A program made the position numbers and the translations under genes. The notes beneath the pieces are model-generated. The model searched no databases. It had not been told where the DNA came from and saw only the letters and a list, made by a program, of their open reading frames with translations. A stretch of DNA of 63,289 nucleotides, counting the filler, from Reticulomyxa filosa (Eukaryota; Protista; Foraminifera), in the NCBI GenBank assembly GCA_000512085.1. It is 24 parts of 24 records of this genome, joined end to end, with 100 filler letters (N's around TTAATTAATTAA, not from the genome) between each part and the next. Parts side by side here need not be neighbours in the genome. Positions count along the whole stretch, not along the records: positions 1 to 2,056 come from ASPP01002028.1; positions 2,157 to 3,974 come from ASPP01037032.1; positions 4,075 to 6,082 come from ASPP01005511.1; positions 6,183 to 11,699 come from ASPP01007138.1; 20 more parts are not named here. The stretch is one strand, 5' to 3'. Shown here piece after piece: positions 1-11,628 of this stretch. How positions within the stretch are numbered: position 1 is the first letter of the stretch; each line of letters opens with the position of its first letter.

Positions 1-677
1 ATATTTGTGTTCTGGATCTCGTGACAAAGCGGTTTGTCTATTGGATGTCGAAACATTAACATTATTACATGTTTTCAATGGACATGAAAATACGGTTTGG
101 TGTGTTGATATTTCACCATTACAAAGCAATAACAATGAAAGCAATAGTATTGGTGTGATTGGTGGTAATGGATATACTATTTGTTCTGGATCTTATGATG
201 AAACCGTTCGAATATGGGATATTGAAAAAACCAAACAATTGAATGTATTCAAAGGACATGAATATTGGATTAGGAGTGTAAAATATGGATCCAATGAACT
301 AATGAATACAATATTATCTGGATCAAGTGATAAAAGCATTCGTTTGTGGGATATTCGATCTGGTAAACAAATTCAAATGTTCAATGGGCATGCAAATGAA
401 ATATGGGCTGTTGAATATTCACCATTTGTAATCAAAAATAGGATGAAGTTATTGGTAATTCAAATGTGATATGCTCTGGATCAAATGATAATACAATAGT
501 TTTTGGGATATTCGATCAAATAAAAAAGAATTACATGTAATTAGAGGTAGTAATACAGATTATGGAATATTTTGTCTTAAATTTGCAGCATTAAAAAAGA
601 AGGAACAAAAATTAAACAATTGTTGTGTTCATTTATATTATGGTTCATGCAGAGGTGCAATTCAGGTTTGGGGATGA
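1..677 (+). pseudogene. WD40-repeat protein, 3' part, with two frameshifts (pseudogene or sequencing error)
   Basis: GH...SGSxDxT.R.WD repeats. The frame breaks near 440 (continuing NSNVICSGSNDNTI) and near 498 (continuing FWDIRSN), ending ...IQVWG* at TGA 675-677, like the intact paralogue at 22377. Confidence 0.8.
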
Positions 678-1797
678 ATATATGAATAAATATTTGTCTT
701 GAATTTACTATAACTTTGTGAATTGAAAGGATATTATAAAAATTCGCAATTTGGAGTTGTTTTTGTTTTTTTAAGAATTTCTACTACTTATGAACTCTTT
801 TGTAAAGTTGACAACAAATTTGGCAATAAATTGACTCTTTTTTGAAGTATTGAATGATAACATATGCAATGTCATTAGGAACAAATTGTAATATGTTTTA
901 TTTTACTGAGAGGTGTAATACAATCAAAAAAGACGAAGAAAATATTCATACATTGATTTCCTTTATAATAAAAGTATCGTGAAAATTTCACAAACACTTA
1001 ATTTCGAATTTGTTTATTGATATCTACATCACCAACATTATTCATTTTTTGATTTTAATATTGAATTTGTTATATCTTGCAAGAAATGCATATAATTCAT
1101 AATAAAATAATAGTATCAAAGTTCAATGTAAGAATAAGATGTATTTCTTTTGTTTTATTGGAGTAGAAAGCTTAAAATTTCTATACTTAAAAAATTTTTT
1201 GAAATTGGAATGAAGGTAACGACACCAGTAAGAAGGGTATTGTCTTATTGTGTAAAACTAATAATTTTGTCACGTGATCGAAACAAACACTTTTATCTAT
1301 GATTCAGAAAACACTATCATTAATTCCTAATTCATTTGATTGTTAAAAATACGAACATACAAAAAATAGAATTAATCGAGTTTGTTTTTTTTTGCAGTCC
1401 ATTATTTATGTTATAATTCACATAATATTTTTGTTATTCGCATGTTATAATCTTTCAAGTTTATGATCAAAGTAATTAATTGATTCCATAGTATTTTCAT
1501 GAAGGTCATACTTTGCAATTGTTTTGGCCAGAATTACTTGCACACATTAAAACGAGATAACACGTTCATTTGGCCCTTTTGATATTTGATTACTTGATTT
1601 TGCTAATTCATCTAGATTCTTTGCGACAACAACAATTCCTTGTTGTTTGTTATTAATCATCTCATTCATCATTTCATGTGCTTTTCTATTTGCTTCGTTC
1701 CATTCATTACTTTCATCAACTAATTATTTTATTTTTTTTTGGTGAAAATTATTAAAGTAGAGGCACGTTTGGACTAATAATGGAATGACAAGTGTTG

Positions 1798-2056
1798 TCA
1801 ATTGCATTTCTTATGGACCAGAGTAGGACCATGTTCATTATATTGCTCCTTCGAAAACCACATTTCTTGAAAAGGAGTCAAGGAAGAGAGGATGCTGCCG
1901 CCAATGAAAGCCGAGTATTTGCGGTCCTCTTTTGCGCAGACTTTGACAGGAAGGTCATTAGGCGCGGTCAAAGTGAGTTCTTTTGTAAGACGTCGATCAA
2001 AGCCAGAGAACATAGAATTGCCTCCTCCAATCACAATGTTGCAGTACAGGTCTTTG
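1798..2056 (-). CDS. Actin or actin-related protein, C-terminal fragment
   Basis: KDLYCNIVIGGGNSMFSGFDRRLTKEL...RKYSAFIGGSILSSLTPFQEMWFSKEQYNEHGPTLVHKKCN matches the actin C-terminus but is divergent. The 5' end is cut by a spacer. Confidence 0.9.
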
Positions 2057-2156
2057 NNNNNNNNNNNNNNNNNNNNNNNNNNNNNNNNNNNNNNNNNNNN
2101 TTAATTAATTAANNNNNNNNNNNNNNNNNNNNNNNNNNNNNNNNNNNNNNNNNNNN
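2057..2156. other. Artificial contig spacer N44-TTAATTAATTAA-N44 (first of 23)
   Basis: Identical 100-bp spacers, with stops in all six frames, start at 2057, 3975, 6083, 11700, 12800, 14903, 17219, 19777, 21217, 24073, 25580, 33898, 42697, 45309, 46598, 48181, 51286, 52568, 55004, 56490, 58376, 60098 and 61230. Adjacency across them has no biological meaning. Confidence 0.98.
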
Positions 2157-4074
2157 CTTTTTTATTCTTATTCTTTTTTTTTTCTTTCACTTATTCTTCT
2201 TTTTTATTTCACATTATCTTTTTTTTCTTTTTTCTTTTTAATTCTTTTTCCTTTTCTTTTATTCTTTTTTTTATCTTTTTTTTTCTTTCTATATCCTTTT
2301 TTTTTTCTTTTTTCTATACTTTTTTATAATCAATTTTTTCCCTCACCCATTGTAGAAAGATTACATACTTCGCCGGACCTTTGTTGCATCTGAATATCCA
2401 ATCCAATTTTTTTCCTTTGAGGACACACTAACAATACTTTTTTTTTTGAATAAAATATAAAATATATATGTACATATTGTGTTTTTTTCTTTGTGAGGGG
2501 GAATTCCTATTTTGTCAATCACACAATTAAATCGAATATCAAAAGGATTATATATAAAAATGAAAACATACAAACCTTTGCTTTTTCTTTTGTCAACTGG
2601 GTAGATTTCAACCCCAGTTTTTTGATTATTTTTTTGTGTGGAAGTGGGTAAATAAATGGAACTCTATTTGGGGGCGGGGGAATTCCTATTACAAACACAC
2701 AACATATTATTATATTCTAAAAAAAGAAAAAACAATCAAACCTTGTTTACTCCTTTTGGAGACAGGTGTGGCCTTCTACCCCGTGGCATCTTTTTTTTTT
2801 CATTACAGCATGGCCTACACACACATCTTTATGTCACATTTTTTTTTATTTTTTACAAAAACAAATTATATACATATATTTATTTACACATATATACTTC
2901 TTCTAAAAATTGGCCACGTATATCACACAAAAAAAAACAACAGTACATACATGGAATAAATAGATATTGTCGATGTAGTTGGCCGGCATTTGTGAGTGTG
3001 AGGTAACATATAAAATGTTTTGTCTTGGTGGCTTGGCGCTGCGTGAGATTGTGGAGTCTCAACACTATGAGATATTGTAGACATTCAATGTAGCCACGCA
3101 CAACCTTCAACATTAACAATGCAATCAAGAGTATCCAAGCATTCCAATTGCCAGATGAAATAGTTTTACATTGTTTTTTTTGGAAATCTCGCTCATTTCT
3201 CCCATATTTGTTTGTAAAATCCATTCCCAATATTTTCATTGCGTCTTAGTTGCGAGTCACCCACATCACGAAGATTTTGTTCTGACGAGTTTCCTTGCCA
3301 ATCTTGTCAGTCGCATTCTCCACCAATTGCTCAACGCTTTGCACTATATCTTCAACAAGCTGAGCATATTCCATTTATTTAAACCGGCCTGAGTTTATTG
3401 TATATTTTAAATACCAAGATTATCATTTTTTTAAATAATAAGCCTAAAAGAAATTTCTTTTTTTTGTTACTAACTGGACATTTGATTTGTCGACACCGTT
3501 GTTATATAGCGAAAGATTTTCGATAGTATGCCAACAACCAAATTCTTTTTTGATGTTAACTCTTGCGTACCATGTCTATGCATTTTTATCAACATGTCGA
3601 CCTCGCCCAATGTCCAGTCATTGTACTGTTTTGTCTATTTTAAGATAATTGTTTTTGTGTTAATTATTTTTTCTATGAAAAGATTAATTGTAATGATAAA
3701 ATGGAAAAAATAGATTGTAATGAGAACGTGAAAAATAGATTTCGTTGAGAAAATGAAAATATATATATTTCTTTAATTACTCGCGCAATCCAATGATAAA
3801 TGAATTGAAGTCAATCATAGTGCCAATTATATCCAACAATCGCCCTCCAGTAATTTCACTCAAATTGAAATAGTCTAAAACTACTTCATTTGTCGTGATA
3901 TTATCCGGAGCTCTGTAAACAGTTGTTCAACCATGAACATACGTACACATTGCAAACACACAACTTGTACAAAANNNNNNNNNNNNNNNNNNNNNNNNNN
4001 NNNNNNNNNNNNNNNNNNTTAATTAATTAANNNNNNNNNNNNNNNNNNNNNNNNNNNNNNNNNNNNNNNNNNNN

Positions 4075-5427
4075 AAAAAAAAAGCAAACCTGCATGAAAC
4101 AAAGCTAAAATGTCACCACGTTGTGTGGATTGAGGCATGACAATATCTTTGGCTAAGAAATCACCACTTTCGCAAACAGGCCCGACTACGTCAACTTGCA
4201 TGAGGCGAGTGTTGTCATTGCCACGTTCATACTCATGTCGTCGAGATAAATTGACGATTATATGTTTGGACTGATATAACGACGGACGAAGAAGTTCACT
4301 CATACTGGCATCGACAACAACAAAGTTGCGCAAAGAGGTTTTTTTGGTGAATTGCACAGACATCAATAACACTCCACTTTCGGCAACAATAGAGCGTCCT
4401 GGTGCGCATATTATCTTGTTTATGTGGAAATCGTTGCTAAGTAATTCACATGCTTTCCAAGCCTCGTTGACATATGTTTTTATACGTTTCTCCGAAGACT
4501 CGGATATTTCTTTTTTTTTTTTTTTTTTTTTTTTTTTTGCAATGGTTATATTTTTATTTAAGCAAACGATAAAATATAACATATACGTATACATATATGT
4601 ATGTATAACTTGTTAGATAAAAGTGGAGGTATGACCTGATAATCGACTCCTAAACCTCCACCGATATCGAAATGTTGCAAAAAGCGATAACCGTTTTGTA
4701 GGAACAAACGAAACAGTGTTTGCAGGGAATGAATGGAGGCAATGACAGGGTCACATGACATCATTTGAGATCCAATATGAAAACTTATTCCAATCATTTT
4801 CAAGCTGTCAAAAATGATTTCCCTTTTTTGTTTCTGCTGCATGTTTGAAACAGAACAGTCGATACATTTTTGTGCAAGAAATTCTGCCTCCGTTAATGGT
4901 ATGCCAAATTTATTGCTATGCAATCCAGTGGATATATAAGGATGGCTTTTTGCATCAATGTTTGGATTCACTCGGATACTTATGTTGGTGACCTTGGACA
5001 TGGAACGTGAAATTTCGTTCAATACTTGCAGTTCTTCCATGGACTCCACATTGAAACAGAGTATTCCTACTTTTACTCCTTTTTTCATCTCTTCAATTGT
5101 TTTGCCCACACCACTAAATACGATTCGCTTTGGATCCACACCTATTTTCTCTAAACGCTCCATTTCACCTCCACTTACGATATCAAATCCACTCCCTCTT
5201 TTATTCAGCTCGTTCAATATTGACAAATTACTGTTTGCTTTCATCGCATAACATATCAAATGATCCATTTTTTTTGCATTCTTTTTTTCCTTTTCCTTAA
5301 ACGTGTTCGCATACATGTCAAAATTTTTTACTAGAATTGACTTGTCATAGGCAAAACAAGGTGTTCCATACTTTTTGGCCACATCCATTAATGTTGTTGC
5401 TACAATTATAGATAATGTTTTTTCCAT
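4075..5427 (-). CDS. lysA: Diaminopimelate decarboxylase (fold-type III PLP enzyme), spliced, 3' truncated
   Basis: YAMKANSN (PLP lysine), FDIVSGGE, FSGVGKT, RVNPNIDAKSHPYISTG..NKFGI, HIGSQ, DIGGGLG, then after an intron at about 4500-4635 PGRSIVA and VVGPVCESGDFLA. Confidence 0.92.
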
Positions 5428-5768
5428 CTCTAATAGTTTTTAAAAATTCTTTTGAGCCCTTTTATTGTTAAAGAGATAGTGTGGAATTTGGTGACAAAAA
5501 AAGCTTTTATTTTTTTTTATTGTTAAGACATTAATTTATAATTTTCGGAAGTGGACTGTGTAACAATTGAGTGTGACAAGTGAAATTAGATTGTGTCCCA
5601 AGAGAAAATAACTTTAGTTTTCTTGTAGGAAAAAGTATTGACAGTCACAAGGATGGGATCAGAAAACAAGTAATTGATAAAAAGCACATGATGAATTGAT
5701 ATTGATGGACCCCTTTTCGTATAAAAAAAAAAAGAACAAGATGAAATAAAACAAAGTAAGAAAATATT

Positions 5769-6046
5769 TCATTTGTCAATAAGATCCGGTCCAGCAAAGA
5801 AATTGGTTAAGAATTTGGATCCAGCATGAGGTTTTCTATTTTGAACAGCATCAGGAACAGGATTGACTTGATCTTGTGGTGTAAAGATCTTATACAACAC
5901 GTTGAGATGATATCGAGTAAATCTGATATTTTGATACTCTTGTTCTCCTTTGATTCTTAGCTTGTCAATTATTCGGTGATCTTTTATGTTTGCATTCTTA
6001 CGAAATTCTGATGCAATTCGATCTCTTGCGGCACGTTTTTTTGTTT

Positions 6047-6050
<4 letters not shown>
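5769..6050 (-). CDS. NDUFA6: NADH dehydrogenase 1 alpha subcomplex subunit 6 (LYR family), last exon; not in the ORF track
   Basis: Manual translation: RAARDRIASEFRKNANIKDHRIIDKLRIKGEQEYQNIRFTRYHLNVLYKIF...GSKFLTNFFAGPDLIDK*. This resembles NDUFA6 (F.KNAHV.D.RV.D.L..KG..E...FLSKFY.G). Confidence 0.75.
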
Positions 6051-6082
<32 letters not shown>

Positions 6083-6182
6083 NNNNNNNNNNNNNNNNNN
6101 NNNNNNNNNNNNNNNNNNNNNNNNNNTTAATTAATTAANNNNNNNNNNNNNNNNNNNNNNNNNNNNNNNNNNNNNNNNNNNN

Positions 6183-6986
6183 GAAGATGAAGATGAATTA
6201 GACGATGCTTGCATTTCCTTGCCGTCAATTCCACGGCCGAAAACTATTCCAAAGGCATATACGGAAGAGCAATTTGATGATGAAGAATTTGAATTGTTTG
6301 ATGTCCACGGGACCAAAGCCCAAATTCGAAGATTGTCCGCCAAAATTGTTTCTCCATCTCAACATGCTATCCAAAATCGCAACTTTGAGGCTGTCTTCTC
6401 CACTACTAAATCGTACAAACCTGTGAGCCCAAAAAAAAAAGCCTCTGACACTGAAAATGAAAAAACCGAGGAAGGGACAAACGAAATGGAATTATTAAAG
6501 TTAGGCGAACCACTGTTGTTATGCTCGTCGTTATCTGTGCCACAGTTAAAAAGTGTAGCTTTTGCTGTCAAGCATCAGCACCATAATCAAAATTCGAATG
6601 ACAGCCTTGCGGATAATCAGAAAGGAACAGAAAGTTGTCAAGACATAAATAATCATCGCAAGTTGAAGGCTGAAGGGTCGAAAATGAACCTGGATTACGA
6701 CAGCAAACGAACTTTCATATTTCCCAACAAGGAGTATTTGGAAATTGGAGACGGGTCTTTTTAAAATAAAAAAATATTTGTGTATATGTGTACGTGCACA
6801 TATAACATCTCATTGAAACAATAAATCATGAAAACAAACAACAGAAAAATCAGTGCAATTTATGTGGATAAAAATTTGCACCATGGCACATCAACGAAAT
6901 GTCCAGGATTACGTTGTCCTCGGCTTGTGGATAAGGCCGATGGCAGCTTTCAAATTCGTCATGTCGAAGTTTGGTGTGTAGAATAA
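6183..6986 (+). CDS. TLDc-domain protein, C-terminal part
   Basis: ORF 6219-6764 ends ...FIFPNKEYLEIGDG. An intron (6755-6844) joins it to KISAIYVDKNLHHGTSTKCPGLRCPRLVDKADGSFQIRHVEVWCVE*, a typical TLDc C-terminus. Confidence 0.75.
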
Positions 6987-7391
6987 GAATGTTATTTTTT
7001 ATCGTTCAAACATGCGTGTCCGTGACTGTTTTTGTAATTGTACACTAATTATTTTATTTTTTGTTTTTCCTTCTCTTTGTGTGACTTTTTAGATGGGTTA
7101 TTTTTTTTTTTTTGGTCATTTTCTTCCTGAGGATGATTTCTTATTGTCCAAATGTTCTTTTTTTTTGTTCTTAAATAATTTTAAACCAATTTTGATTTTT
7201 AGAAAGTTATGTTTTATGTAACAAACCAACTCATTGTAAAAATTTTTCTTGATTAAATTGTATCAAAAATGCATTATTAGAGCATACAATTAAAAGTCAA
7301 TAATTTAAAAACTCATTCTTGCGCATTGCTTTTAAAAATTTTGGGAAATTGTGACAATAATTTTGAACAGCTTTGAAAAAATAGAATATCT

Positions 7392-9056
7392 TCATTCATA
7401 AGAAATTCGAACCTTTGTTTGAATTCTTTGTGATCTTTGCATTCTCCTTTTTTCATTTTGTTTTTGTTTGTCTTCTTCAGTCATATAATAATTGGTCCAG
7501 ACCCCGCCATCCTTTCGATAATAATCCATTGGATACGTGTCAAGCCATGACACTTTTTCCAAGCTGACACAAGCTTCATAAGCATTTAGTAAAGGCTTTT
7601 CAAATTGTGCTCCCCAATCGATAGACAAACGTGGACATCCAATTTGAACAAAAACATCAATAGTCGATTCAAATTGCTGCAATTTGTCAAAGTAAATTTC
7701 ACTCAAAAGAATGACAATATAAGGTATGTGTTTGGCAACGAGCATTTCCTCTAAACGTTTCAAAATATTTGGATTTCCTTGCCTTCCCAATGTTCCCAAA
7801 ATGATGCCCCAGTGACGTCCTTTTCTAGATTTTGTCACGCTCTCCCTGCAAATGTCATGAATGACACAAATAAAAGCAATGGTTGGCGTGAAGTGTAGGA
7901 AAGAGACCAAGCAAACAACACAACTTTCTCAATGAAGTCATCAATTGGATATCATAGACCTCCTTTGTCAATTTGAAATCATAAGGATTATATCGATAAG
8001 CGGGGATATTTGGATTTGAAATCATTAGTGATTCCAAATGGAATCGTCCATCAGCAACAAAGAATAGACAATCATAAGAATTTTTCTGACTGCCATTGTT
8101 ACTGCGAGTATTTTCAATTCTCGGAGATGTACAGCCCAGCACTTCTCCTGGAGATAACGGCATGCATTGTGGAACGTCAATGCCCCCTCCTTTGGTTTCA
8201 TCAAAGTACTTTTCTTGTTGCAACAAGGAGTGAGCGCTGTGAATAGCACTTGCAAACTGAATTGTTCCAGCCAATATCATTTTTGTGTTGGGGTTGAAGT
8301 TGTGTTTGATTGTGTCACAAAGATGTTTCACGTTAATGCCAATATCGACAAATACATATAAAATTCGAGCATTTTCAGATGTTACTGTGATCGGCACCAA
8401 ACAACTGTGTCCATAATGAACCAAAAAGTCACAGCCCAATGCCTTGGCAGTAAAATCATCAATGCAGCAGGCGCCATAGGTCACATCCCCCATTATTACA
8501 CATTCCACTTCAGCAAATCTTTAAAAAAGATTTTGTGACGTTTTTTTTTTTTAAAAATTTACTTATCCAAAAGGCCAAGTGTTATCATTATTAGGTTTTT
8601 TTTTTTTTTTTTGAACCTTTCCAAGATGTCTGCAATGATACAAGCATACATAAGCAGACCCTCGGGGAATTGTAAAGCAATTCGTTTGGGACTTGGCTCA
8701 GCCGTTTTCAAACGCCATATAGTCTTATCAATTTCAAAATTGTAATTGCTTGGCAATGCTTTCATAGCATCTTTTCGATTTTCGTTACATTATTAAACAT
8801 TTTCTTTTATTAGGAAAAAAAAAAAAAAAAAGGGGAACATTATTGCAAAAAAAAAAATAAATGAACTTTGCAAGTCTTTGTTTTCCAAAATTTCATCAGG
8901 GATTTGCTGTCTGAGCGTTGCGGTGGGTCCACGCTTCTTGCAGCCTTCTTTTTTATTTTGTGTTACCACTTGCTTTTCAGTGCACTTACAGTCACCATTT
9001 TCAGCACTTTTTTTCTCTGTTGCTGTTTTCATACAGATCCCCATTCCAACATGCAC
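7392..9056 (-). CDS. DPH1: Diphthamide biosynthesis protein 1 (4 exons)
   Basis: [92 protein letters not shown]. Three GT-AG introns join the ORFs in frame. Confidence 0.95.
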
Positions 9057-9369
9057 CTAGATTGACCTTGTTTTGTTAGTTTTGTTTTCTTTTTATTGAA
9101 GGTACCTTACATGATTCCACTTGTAAGGCTAGAGTGTGCTCTTCCATTTGAAGTGCAGATACTTCGCTTTGTAATCGTTTGTTTGTTTCCTCCAATCCCT
9201 GTCTTTTCTGCTCCAACAATTCCACTTCTCTGCGGTATTCAGTCAGCGTGGAGACAAGAGTTTTCCTCCATCCATGCCTACGTAAATTTGTAAACTCTGC
9301 CTCTAATCGATCAATATGTTGTGAAACTTTTTCATGTCGCAAAATAATATCCGAAATGCTCATATTCAA
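9057..9369 (-). CDS. Coiled-coil exon(s) directly upstream of DPH1, possibly part of the same transcript
   Basis: Heptad-rich ORF (YRREVELLEQKRQGLEETNKRLQSEVSALQ) followed by an AAG|GTACCT donor and a CTAAC...AG acceptor. Confidence 0.5.
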
Positions 9370-9801
9370 TTCGGCTAGTTTTTTTCACAAACAAACAGGT
9401 CTTTGGTTCATTTCATACACGTAGGTTGTTCATCAAACTTACGAACAGTCAATTAAAAATGTTACGGCTTTTTTGAGCTAATACGATCTGATACAAGACT
9501 GTTCACCAGTGAAATTATCATGGCGACCTCACTTTAAATTTAAATAACCGTTAGAAAAAAATAATATAAATGTGAGAAGGATAATAAAAAAAAAAATTAA
9601 ATTGTTGGAGTGGGATGAAATTTCTACTTACTAAATTGTAAATATACCGTAGTGTTTACTTTATTGCGAGCTGAATTTTCTTTAAAATCGAAGCTCTCAA
9701 ATCAGTTAAAAATTAAAAAAGAAAAAGCCGACCAAATTATGAAAAATAAGTGTAGTTTTTTTTTATCTAAACGATTTCTTACTTAGCAAATACATAAAAA
9801 C

Positions 9802-11628
9802 ATGGAAATGACAGCGATAAAGCGCAGTCTAAGTGAGCTTGCAAATGAAAGTGATGCAAGTAAGCCTCCTTCGAAGAAGACCAAAGTTCTGATACTGTTT
9901 TTTTTACTGTTCCATGAACGTTCTTTTTTTTTTCGGCAAAAAGAAATGTTGCCGAGAAATACGGATGAAACTAAAAATTGAATTGATTTGAAATGGGATA
10001 TTGAATAGAAAGCGCGCAAAACAAAAAAAGTATCCAGCGAATCAACAGAGACGATCAGCAAGGCAGCAGAGTTATTTACAACATCAGCACTTTCCGGTGA
10101 AAATGGAACAGGCGAATCAGCCCCATTTTCATGGTCAATTGCAGAAATGGAGTTGAACACATGTCCATTGGAAGAAAAAGAAGAGGATAAAGCAAAAGAG
10201 AAGGAAAAGGAAAAAGAGAAAGAGGCAGAGACAGAAGAAAAGGAAAAAGAAGCAGAAGAAAAGGAAAAAGAAGCAAAAGCGGAAGAAAAAAAGGAAGAAG
10301 AAGAGAAAGAACCAGCAGAAGAAGAACCAGAGGAAGAGCTTAGTGAAAGAGACCAATTGATATTGGAATTGAAAGATATGTTGATTCCTGGATCACGTAA
10401 AATGATAGAAGCAGGTACCCTGACTCACTTGATTTGGTTTGATAAAAATGATTCCGGTGAGTCGAGTGCTTGGGTGGCAGAAATTGTGGCGCCAGTGATC
10501 GAACAGACAAAAGACTCATCCAATGTGTTAGTGACTTTTCCGGGCTGTAGTGACACGAGCCAATTTTGGTTGCCAATCATTTGGAACAATGAGTGGCAAG
10601 CGTACCAACCGTGCAACGTGTTGCTTGCAGACAAGTACAAAGACTTGATCGACGCTGAAAACTTGAAGCAAACAGAAGATAAGCTGAACGATGCTATGAA
10701 TATGAATCTTGAGCTAAGTGACATCGATGAGGCGATTGAATTTGCTGACACGAGTGACGAGGACTTTGACAAGTTTGCAGGTCCATCATTGCTTAAATAC
10801 GGTCGAGAGCAAGCCCGAAAGAAGGGCATTTCACGTTAAGTAGTGTGTAATGTTATTTATTCATTTTTTTTTTTTTTAATAGTTGTAGTAGTAGTAGTGT
10901 TCTCCAACAACATTGAACACGCAAGTTTGCATTTGATTTTTTTTTGTATGTCCGATTTTTTTCATTTGGTGGAAACCTTTGCAGGTGCGAGACTCAAAAA
11001 AACCAAACAAGAAAAAAGACGAGAACTTATTGCTCTTCGCGCAAAGACTCGAAAATTGCGAGCTGCTTCGAAACGCATCGGAAGAGGTCGAGGAAGAGGA
11101 AAAAAGGAGGAGGAGGAGGAGGAAGAGCTCCAAGAGGAAGAAGCACCACCTCGAAACCGAAAAAAGCCAGACACTGGACCAGCTCTTCTGCTTTTGGCTC
11201 GTCTCCTAGCAACCCATTGCCATCAAGGCCTGCAGGTGCTGAAACCTGGGATTTGAAGAAATTTGACGACCAGGACACAATGGAATTGTCCAATATTATA
11301 CCTTTGTCAACTCGAGTTTTTCATTTTATTTTATCTTTTTTTTTTTTGCATAACTTCCTCTTTTGCAAGACAAACAACTAGAAAATTATTATTGCAAATT
11401 AATAATCACAAAAAAAAAAAAAAAAATTGAATAATAGGCACTTAAACCACCTCCAAGTGAAAGTGAAGCAAATGAAGAAGAAATTGAAATTGCGTTCAGC
11501 TTTGACACAACGGGAAGCATGTATAGTTGCTTAACCAGTGTGCGTGAAGGATTGAGCAAGATTATTGAACGCTTGTTTAAAGATATTCCTAAATTAAAAA
11601 TTAGTGTTATCGCCCATGGAGATTATTG
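9802..11628 (+). CDS. vWA-domain protein with acidic/lysine-rich and RG-rich regions, 3' truncated
   Basis: Spliced from ATG 9802 through ORF 10147-10839. The last visible exon is EIEIAFSFDTTGSMYSCLTSVREGLSKIIERLFKDIPKLKISVIAHGDY (MIDAS-like DxTGS). A probable homopolymer frameshift lies near 11100. Confidence 0.7.

Noticed and set aside
4075-5427. lysA as a bacterial contaminant contig
   Set aside because: It contains a GT-AG intron with a host-like microsatellite and poly-A, and shares the contig with a nuclear NDUFA6 exon.
10076-10356. Phe/Leu-rich 'membrane protein' ORFs (also 16473-16787, 47432-47725, 59041-59265)
   Set aside because: They are antisense shadows of Glu/Lys-rich coding sequence or T-rich low-complexity non-coding DNA.
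11095-11110. Frame switch in the vWA gene at GGAAAAAAGGAGG
   Set aside because: It lies in an A homopolymer in an assembly rich in homopolymer problems, so it is probably an error.
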